From positions 8,866,001 through 8,930,000 of the forward strand of contig CM102284.1 in assembly GCA_046563655.1 (NCBI GenBank): DNA of 64,000 bases, written 5' to 3'. The notes under the pieces are model-generated. The model was not told the DNA's origin. It did not search any database and saw nothing but the letters and a program-made list of their open reading frames with translations. The translations under genes and the position numbers were made by a program. Below are positions 40,041 through 49,440 of the stretch, piece by piece. Source of the stretch: Yuukianura sp. NJ FZ-2021. Its lineage: Eukaryota. Position 1 is the first letter of the stretch; every line of letters starts with the position of its first letter.

Positions 40041-40218
40041 AGATTGGTGGTATGCGTGTTTTCCACTAAGCAGGAGGATGTGGGTTCGAGTCCCACCGTC
40101 CGAGGCCTTGGAGAGTCAAAGCCTATTCCGAAAACGGCATAGAGTTCGTACCTCCTTTGTCTCGCACGTAGCTTAAGTAAAAGCGACTGTGTGGCCTAAA
40201 CACAGTCACCAGTTTTTT
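40041..40218 (+). ncRNA. Circularly permuted tRNA-like gene, unit 3
   Basis: Same scaffold: 3' half 40063-40104, 5' half 40162-40197; terminal stem ATTGGTGGT/GTCACCAGT; T6 at 40213-40218. Confidence 0.78.
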
Positions 40219-40392
40219 AATGATATTATAATTATAATAATATTTAAAAGTACATTAAAATTCTCACATCGAAATTGTTGTTCAAATTAACACAACAAAC
40301 GAAAAGTATTTTATGAAATGAAAATTTAAGCCTAAATTAACTAATTTAAGGAAAAGTTAGCTAAATCTTACACTTACGTGATTAGTTGAAAC

Positions 40393-42975
40393 TTAGTTTA
40401 AATTAATTAGATCCACCATGATGCTCTGCATGACTGCTTTGGGTAACTCGAACTCCGTTTCAGCTTCACTTCCAACATTTTCATCATCCACATTTTCCCG
40501 CGCCAGCGGTTCTGCTTCTGCGTTTTCCTTTTGACAATTCATTTCCTCTTGGGCCAAAATGTCGTCCACTTTGGTCAAATTCAGAACAGAAACTCCCAGT
40601 TCCGTCACGTCCGAACTTTCGATGTCTCCCAAAGTATCCATAGTTTCATTTCCAGTGTCAATGCTGACAGGTTCAACAGATGAAGTTGACATGTCAGTAA
40701 CGGATGTTGACATTTCAGTGACCAATGATGTTGACATGTCAGTACTTCGATTGAGTTGCATGGAAGTATTTTGGTCTTTAGTTTTCTCAATCGATTGCTC
40801 TCCAGTTGGAGCAACTGAAGTATCAGTTGGAATTGCGTTGTTCCTGCGTTCTCGTTTCTTCATGAATTCCACTCTGCCCAAATGTTTCCTTGATTTCAGG
40901 TGACGAGCGAATGAACTTGGATAATTTGATTTGAACTTGCAAGTATCGCAAGTTAGCAGGTCGTTTACGACAAGTGAAGTAGAAGTGGTCGCTTGAGGCT
41001 GAGGTCGTTCTGGTTGAAGATGAAACTTGAAGTCACATTTGGGACAAGTAATTTCTTTTCCGCCAATTCCTGGTCAAGGTAATCATCAATTAATTAGTTG
41101 GTCTGACATCAATTAATCATCAATTAGTAATTGAAATTGAAGGATTGAAGTTTTCAACAACTTACGGTGAGTTCGAACATGAGCGCGATATGTATTGTAG
41201 TCTGCAAACTCTTTTTTGCAAGTACGGCATACCATTGGTTCGCCTCCATTGGCATGTCGAATGTAAAAGTGTTTCCGGAGATTACTGTCGCTGACAAACT
41301 CCATTTGGCAGAGACGACATTTGTACGTTTTCTTCTTCTCCTTTTGATGTGCAGAGTCCATGTGACTTTGTCGTTCATCGAACGAATCAAAACGTCGTCG
41401 ACAGAATTTACAGCGGAGGTCATCGTGACCTTGTCCTTTTCCGTTGGCTAAAGTGTGACCTCTAGTCTGTGTTCCAACATTACGTTGATCATCGGTAGGA
41501 CCAGTTTCCATTTCAAGTGCGCTTTTCACCATGTGTGAAGCTGGAGAACGACTGACGTTGTTCGGCATGCTCATTTCAAATGTTCTGTCCACTTCCACAT
41601 TTCCAATGTCTCCAATCAGCGTTGAATTGGCCGCGGGGTGAAAGTCGCCGACTTTGCGATGAGGTCCCTGTTGAGCTTGTTGACCCTGAGAAGGCTCATT
41701 GCCAAGAACGCTGAAGGGATCACGACTTCGAGCTGAAAAGTTACACAAAAACCATAAACGTTCGACATAACTTAAAAGAAGTATGAGAAAGCAAAAGTTA
41801 GGCTTTACATTGATCGGTCGGCGTCTGATTTTTAGAAGGACTTTGACTAAGAAATCCATCGTCAACGGAATCCGAATCTAGAGAGCAAAAATCAGACCAA
41901 ATTGACGGTGACACTGTCAAACTAAACTGAAAGTATTGGCGTGGGCTTACCATCGTCTGACATGAATCTTCTCAAGTTTTCATTCAAGACGTCTTCGTTC
42001 AGGTCCCCAGACGGATACAACGAGTACTCAATTGCAGACGAGCCAACAGAGTTCAGCTGGACTCCAGCGCTGGTAGGACGCGATGAAGTGCTTTTGCTTT
42101 GTTGATGACTGACGTTTGTGTTCGGAGTTCCGGATGGACGGTTTGCTGTTTTCTGGCCAGAGTTGATAGGTGGATTTTGAGGTCGTGGAAAGTCTCCAGA
42201 CACAAAGACGCTGCCTTCTCTACCACGGTGGACCTGCATGAAAGTCGTTCCAGTTTTCTGCAATGCCGTGTTCACAGATTGACGCCCAATAGATGACAAT
42301 GGCGTAGAAGTACAGAAATTAGACTTGGTTAGACAAGATGAACCGATGGAGCTCGTGATGCCAGTGAAGGCTCCCACAGAAGATGAAGAAGGGCATGATG
42401 ACCGAATCGACGAGCATTCAGGTGTACTCGGAGTTTCTTCAATCAAACATTTGTCATTAGTGCCTTATTAGAATCAAAAATTCAATCCAAAACAGAATCC
42501 GAAAATTAAACTCCTTGACTTACCGTTGCAAATGATTTCAATAGAAATAGAACTGGGCAGTTTAGGTAACGTGTTCATCCTTTGATTGAGAATGTTGGAG
42601 CCGCTTTGTAGACCTGACGACGAACGTTGGCCAGAACTTGTAGCGGGTAACATCGGACGCGGAAACTCTTTACCCTTTGCTGTACCAGAATTCTTTCCAT
42701 TTTCATCAGACAAAGTCGTATCGCTCATAGCCGTCACATCTATGGCTTCCCGTGGAACATTTTGAATCAAGTCTACATCAACAAATGGAATTAGTAATCA
42801 CGTTCCGTTTGAAATAACATAGTACTTAGACTTACTAATGAATAAACTCACTTGTGATTCCATTGAGACATTCTCGTACTGTCGACAGTTTCGTTCTCAA
42901 ACGTTTGACTTCCGGAGGCTTGGATTCATCCAGCCCCGACGCCCCCATGACCTTGTTCTCCTTGTCAGGATCCAT
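40393..42975 (-). CDS. C2H2 zinc-finger protein, multi-exon
   Basis: First exon MDPDKENKVMG.. with GTGAGT donor; fingers CKFC..H..H, CRLC..H..H, CRTC..H..H, CPKC, CDTC..RH; acidic C-terminus. Confidence 0.8.
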
Positions 42976-44257
42976 TCCTCGCGATTCCAGAAATGACAAT
43001 TGATGAGAGAAACCGGATTTTGCGTAAAACTGAAAGTCACCTTGACGCTGACCAAGATGTCACATCCAGCCGCACAGTGGGGCAGAATCAAAAATAACAC
43101 GCCACGGTTGTTAGGGGAAACGTTAAATGAAATTTAGAAATTACATTGAAATTGAATGCCAAAATCGGGATTCAGAAAGATCGAAATCCCGAAAAATCCC
43201 GGTAACCGAATGTCAATCTGGAGGTTGGAATAAAAACTACACACCGTCACGTAACAAGTCCGAGCACGACTTCTTGCGGTTTTTTCAATTTTGCATTTTT
43301 AATTGATTTTTCAATTTGGAATAAAATTGTGGCTATGGGGGGTAATTAATACCACCAATTAAGAAATTTTAAAACTCGAATTGTGATAAAACAGCTACAA
43401 ATTTCATAAAAATTTCATTAATGAATACAAAATACAAAATGTACTTTTTATGTCTCAACTTTTGAATTTGACATAGCGGGAATACCGGTATTTTGAATAC
43501 CTTTTGTGTTGCAGTAAGGTTTAACGAGTGTAATTGTACCCGCTCAGTATAGACTTATGTGGCATAGCTAGAATGTGCTAATTAATTATTAAATGAATTT
43601 AGGTAATTAAAAAACAATTAAGCCCAGATGTTGTCACGTGGTGCAACTATTGAAAGCAAGATGCAAAGTTACCTAACCGGGTGGAAACAATGACTATCGA
43701 TAAACCTTGCCTCAACCAAATTCTCACTTTTTCTCAGATTTTCAGAAATCATTGACTGAACAAGAGGACTTCTTTGTTGTTGTTGGCGAAACTTCATTTA
43801 TCGGTAAGTTAATTAGTTAATTATGTAAGTTTAGTTTAAGTTTTAGGTTGATTATAGGTTTAGGGTTTAGTATTCAGGTTGAACAGGACGAAAGCTGACG
43901 ACATGGATCCATCTACGAAGACATCATCATCATGCTCTACAACAACTGCAAAAACGCCAAACTTGAGTTAAATTGATTGAAATTTATATTTTCATTTTGA
44001 TTCATATATTCATTGCATTGAAAAGTCACTAATCTTTTAACAGGTTTTTTTGTGGGAATTAATGAAACGGGTCATGCCAAAATTTTTTTTGAAAACTATG
44101 GGGGGGAAACTTTTGCAACTATTCTTATGTTGGGAAAGTGTTGCAAAATGTCTGACATTATCAATATCAAAATATAAATGAAAGATTTATGTTTTTATAG
44201 ATTCTTGTTTCAAATTAAAATTCGTTATATGTCAATTGGTTATATTCTTATTTGCAG

Positions 44258-46542
44258 ATGGCGCTGAAATGGTCAGACTTGATAATGCTGCGAAACATGG
44301 GCAACCATTACTTGGACGAAGGCTTAGAGGTCGTGAAGAGCCACATCAAAAGAAAATTGACAGATTTGGAAGTGAAGGACTTGCGAAAATTGATTGGAAC
44401 ATGGCAATACCACTACAACAAAAAATGGAAACAGACAACTGTGGCAAGAAAAATGTCAAAATTTCTCGAAAAAGAAGCTGTTTGGCTTGAGAAAACTGTC
44501 GAAATTCCGCAGCGATTTCGTCAACAAGAAAAATTAGAAGTAACCGGCTCATCGGTTAGGTCCTCACAGCGTCTTGTTGCCAAGGTTTCAAATCAACAGA
44601 AAGAAACACCGCAAGTCCTCCTTAAGGCTACTGCCAGAACCATTGCCACCACAGGAACTCCAAAAAGCAGGTTTAAAGCTAAAGTCCTGAAAGAACTGGC
44701 CAAACAACCATCATCTGCTGAAACAATGTGGACCTCTTACAAACGACCACCAAGGAAACCTCGAAGGAACTTGACTCCAGAAGAAGCCCTTAAGCTGCTA
44801 CTAGAATTGAACTTGACTAGAGCAAACTACGATACCCTTAGACAAGTTACGAATGATCTGGGTCACGAGAACTTGTTTCCGTCCTACAAGAAAGTCCAAG
44901 TTGCAAAATTGGCTTGCCGCCCAGATGGCGTTGCTGTTGAGGAGAGGGAAGTCAGCGTTCCACTCCAGAATTTATTGGACCATACTTGTGGAAGAATAGT
45001 TGCAATGAACAAGGATGGAATTGTTGACCACGTTAGATCATCTCAGCAAAACACAATGGACGCGGAAATGATTGTCACTTGGGGGTTAGATGGAGCTGGA
45101 GGACAGTCTCGGTACAAACAGAAAGGTGTTGAAGAAGGATATGTCGAAGAAACGCACTTGTTGACAACTTCACTCATTCCGTTGCATCTGCAGGCATCTA
45201 ATGGCCAAGTTTACTGGAGTAACCCTACACCTCAATCACCTAACTTCTGTCGGTCACTCAAGGTTCAATTTGTCAAGGAGTCCAAGGAGATTGTATTGAA
45301 GGAACGAGACCGTGTTCACTCTGAGATCCAGCAATTGGAACCCTATGTTGTAGACATTGGCGAAGGCGTAAAGTAAGACGATTACATTTCTCTCAATTGT
45401 ATTTTTTCTTTATATAACTTTGTTCCAGGCTCACAGTAAAGTTCAAATTGGTTCTGAGCTTAGTTGACGGGAAGGTCCTCAGCTATCTGACGGAATGTGA
45501 TAGCTCACAAAAGTGCCCTGTATGCCACGCCCGTCCTTCCGATTTCATTCGTCAAAATATCGGAAGTAATGTCTTCAGTCCAAAACCGGGTAGTTTGGAG
45601 CATGGGATAAGTCCACTTCACGCAACAATGCGAATATTCGAATGCTGCCTCCACATAGCCTACAAGCAACAGTTTAAACAATGGTAATTAATTGTTTACC
45701 GTACTTGTCTTGAAATTGAAGTTAGTACTTAGTTGTGTCTGTTTTTAGGCGTACATCTGCAGAAACTGTTGACGCTGTGAAAGCTAAAAAACGCCTAATT
45801 CAACAGCGTTTATTCAAAGAAATGGGCTTACTGGTTGACTTCCCAAAGACTGGGGGCGGGACAAGCAATGATGGTAACACAGCTAGGCGGGCTTTTGCTA
45901 ATCCTGAGAAGTTCTGTGAAATTATTGACTTTGACTTGGAGCTCTTCAAACTTCTTCGTAATGTGTTGCTTGCGTTGACCTGTCAGCTCCCAATAAATCC
46001 TGTTGAGTTTGGCAAGCTATGTCGTTCCGCCGCTGAACTTTACCACGACAAGTACGAGTGGTACAAGATGCCTCAAACTCTCCATAAAGTCCTCATTCAT
46101 GGAGAGGAAATTGTCAAACGAAGGTACTTCTTTACTTAAGCTTATTTTTAATCGTGTACATCTTTTAGTAATCATGTAATCAACTTTATCTAGCCCCTTG
46201 CCAGTGGGAATCCTTGGAGAAGATGCGCAGGAGAACAGACACAAATGGCTCCGTTATTTCCGTCTCCACCATTGTCAAAAGCATTCTCGGAAAAAGACCA
46301 ACGAAGATTTGTTCAACCGTTCCCTGGATACATCAGACCCTTTGCTTTCTTCTAATCGTTTGACGAAGCCTGTTAAACGCACCAACAGGTTGTCCCTTGC
46401 GGCAATCCAAAACATTTTGCAGGAGCCTGTTGTTTCCCGTCTGGAGGAACCACTTGAAAATGTTGGCCTGGGAGATGTCGATGATGATTTGTTCCTCTAT
46501 TTTGATGAAGATATACCTGTTGGATTAGAGTTAGATGTCTAG
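44258..46542 (+). CDS. Transib transposase (RAG1-core-like), 4 exons: 44258-45372, 45429-45683, 45749-46123, 46194-46542; 697 aa
   Basis: Exons join in frame with GT-AG introns; DDE motifs WGLDG, VDGK, EDAQENRHK; Zn ligands CPVC and LHKVLIHG; GGGTSNDGNTARRAF; SPLHA. Confidence 0.93.
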
Positions 46543-46864
46543 TTTATGGTTTTCAGTAATTTTGCTGTATCTTAGGATGTCGATGTAATAATGTAAATAT
46601 TTGTTATTCATTGTACAATGTTTAACTCCATACAGAATGGAAATAAAAATTAAGTGAAATGCAATTGTATGTGAATTGTAAATAGAATCATCAAAGTTTA
46701 ACGTTTATCCTTAACGTTTAACGTTTATCCTTGAATTTTAACGTAAATATATACAAATGAAAGAGTAGCTGCAAATATGACAAAGATTAGAACTGTGACA
46801 AACGTTTATTATAAAGAAATATACCGTGACTAGAACGTATACAGAGCATTACGACCGAAGCTTA

Positions 46865-47164
46865 CTATTCTCCGGATGGTTCGGATGGTTCCCCGTAAAA
46901 ACCTGGCTCCATCCAAATTTCTGCTTCTGCTTCCTCCTCGGTCTGTTCCACGAAACCTTCATCTGACTCCGGTTCACTTTCAACATCAGTTTCCAAGTCC
47001 GTATCCGTGTCCATGTCTGTGTCACCCGTCTCACAATCAGATTCTTCGGAATCCTCAAGGAGTTGGGCAATCCTAGCCCGTTCGGTCTCATCGGCAATTT
47101 CACCGTCCGACGATTCGTCGTCGGAATCTCGCCATACTATCACCCGTCGCACTGGAGCAGCCAT
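46865..47164 (-). CDS. 99-aa very acidic protein inside the Transib, convergent with the transposase
   Basis: Open D/E-rich frame; TTTGTTTTAG acceptor directly before the ATG and a GTAAGT donor near 47221, suggesting a 5'UTR intron. Confidence 0.6.
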   Translation of the reverse strand: MAAPVRRVIVWRDSDDESSDGEIADETERARIAQLLEDSEESDCETGDTDMDTDTDLETDVESEPESDEGFVEQTEEEAEAEIWMEPGFYGEPSEPSGE

Positions 47165-48194
47165 CTAAAACAAAGGAAACTTTGTTGGATGCCGGAAATC
47201 GTAATCATTGTATTTACTTACCAGAAACTTTGACAATTGTTTGAACAAAAAGTATGAGGAGCGGACACGTCTTGTCTTCTCGGAAGCTGAAGATAAAGTG
47301 ACACCTCAAAGCAGCCAGTGTCCATCATGAAAGCAATGCAGTGTTGCCATATTCAGAATGTAGTTAATGTGTAATAATATACGTTTGTGTGAACACTACT
47401 AATTTCTACACCAATATATACCTAACCAACTCACCTAAACTTAACACTCTTACATAACATAACCTAACCATAGGTTATGTTAATGTATATATAATATTAT
47501 ATCTAATACGATTACTTCTTGTTGAATATCAAATGTCAATCATAAATTATAAATGTAATTTTGGTAGCTTAACAACATAACATAACCTAACTTAGGGTAA
47601 CCTTAAGTTAGGTTAGGTAAGATTGATCGTTTCAGTTAGGTTAGGTGAGTTAGTTACGTTATTTAAGTTATTTTTAGTTTATGTTGTCAGTAACCTAATG
47701 AACAGTAATAACTTAATTTATTTCCATTATCGGCGCTATACAGTTCAGGTTACATTATATTGTTAGGCTAGGTTGATCAAATCATGCACTAAGTTAGGTT
47801 AGGTCAACTAAGATTTAGCATAAACTAACCAATCAAACTTTTCCTGAAAGTTGGCAACAGCGGTTTCGATTTTGCTCAGAAAAAAACTCCAAATTCCAAG
47901 TTCAATGACCTCTCGCGCGAACACCTGGTCATCCAAACTAGCTTAGCTCGTCTAGAAGTTTACCAGAATTGGGCATATAAAACTTTATGCTATTTCTGAA
48001 TAATATTAATCACTTTCAATTAGTTTAACTTCGATGATTTTTTTTTTGATTTTTTACACCAATTCCCCTCCATGATTTCTTAATTTTTCATAAACAATTT
48101 GTTTCCTCCGAAACGCTTGTCGTTGTTTGTAGCAATCGACCCCACTGTGAGCCGCAACTCCAGAATCAGAATGGCAAATGCAGCAGCGGCTACG

Positions 48195-48758
48195 CACAGT
48201 GGTTGTTTTTTTAATTTTTTGGTTCTAAGGGAACCAAAGAAATTTCGTAAACAAACTAATTTATCAGTGTCATTTTGACCCGAAAGTTGAAGTTCCGAAT
48301 GATTTTTTGCCTGGAAATGCCTGACCCTCTAATGACAAACCGAAGAGTGATTAGCGTTCTGAAAGACTTGAACTTCAACATTTTGAGGTGCAAATCGGTG
48401 AATAATGCTTAATTAATGAGGAATGCTTATCCAAAGTAATTCTAAATTCTTGTTTATTTTTTCGGTTGCAATAATCTTAATTTGCGATTTTGTGATTTCG
48501 CATTCATAACCTGATGTTATATTGAGACTTGGTATCACAACTTTGGTCGCGCTAAATCTATACTTTCAAAAACCAAAGTCTGAAATTTTTAACTTATTCT
48601 TTGTCTTTTGAGTCTGTCGGATCGGTCCTCAATCAAGTATATGGGTACATTGTTCACTGTTTCATTCTTTCAACCGAGTCAATTGTCAACGGCAACGTTG
48701 TCATTAAAGTTTGTTACAAAAAGCGACCGAACTTTTTTCTTACAATCCGACCACTGTG
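48195..48758. mobile_element. Non-autonomous Transib-type element (564 bp)
   Basis: Ends CACAGTGGT.. / ..ACCACTGTG; perfect 5-bp TSD CTACG at 48190-48194 and 48759-48763. Confidence 0.88.
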
Positions 48759-49440
48759 CTACGGTGAGTCGGATTCATTATCCTTTGCAATCGAATCTAT
48801 AAACAGAGGAAACAAATTAAACAACATTCTCTTCCGCTGGCTGAAGTAACCAGTGGTTACTGATTGTGATTACCTATTAAAAATGTGAGTCTTTTCGCAG
48901 TCGCAAGGTAAGAAAAGCAACAACGCACCGTCTAACGAGTAATTTAATTTTGAAGGTTAATTGCTAATTAATTAGAACACAAATAAGCAACTAAATATAC
49001 CGGCACAAAAATCAAAACAATTTGGTGAAGGTAAAACTTACAACACAGCGTTCTTGACGACTTCTACGGTTGGGCGAACCAAAAAATCTAGATGAAAACC
49101 ATTTAATTTGTTAATTAGAAATAATTCCTATCAAACAATACATCACTAGTATACTAACCTAACTTCTAAATAAAGACAAATTTACTGTTAATGATAAACT
49201 AATTACATCTATTTTAGCTAATTAGCTAATCAGTTTTCAAAAATAATAAATTACAAATACGCTATAACGATGCCCATCCATGTCAAATAGGTTTCTCGGT
49301 TGTGCAAGATACTTTTGTTCAACCTTATCAGCTGATTGTGGTAAACAAAAAGAAATCAGCTTTTTCTTTTGTTTTAAATTAATCGTTAATTTAATTTACT
49401 TCAATTACTTACTGCTTGCAGTATTCAGTATATTGTGAGA

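Larger units (their letters stand above)
43073..48149 (+). mobile_element. Full-length Transib transposon (5077 bp)
   Basis: Ends CACAGTGGGG.. (43073) and ..CCCCACTGTG (48149); perfect 5-bp TSD AGCCG at 43068-43072 and 48150-48154; encodes a Transib transposase. Confidence 0.95.

Noticed and set aside
39481-40218. Array as CRISPR, self-cleaving ribozyme (HDV, twister, pistol, hammerhead), 7SL or vault RNA
   Set aside because: Eukaryotic context with no cas genes; ribozyme catalytic-core motifs not found by eye; the permuted cloverleaf explains nearly all conserved positions.
43073-43115. 23-RSS at the left Transib end
   Set aside because: The 9-mer after a 23-nt spacer is CACGGTTGT, which is not nonamer-like.
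46865-47164. RAG2-like gene
   Set aside because: Only 99 aa, with no kelch repeats or PHD finger visible.
47440-47830. TTAGG/CCTAA repeats as interstitial telomere
   Set aside because: Short, scattered, in both orientations and internal to the transposon; a common motif in arthropod repeats.
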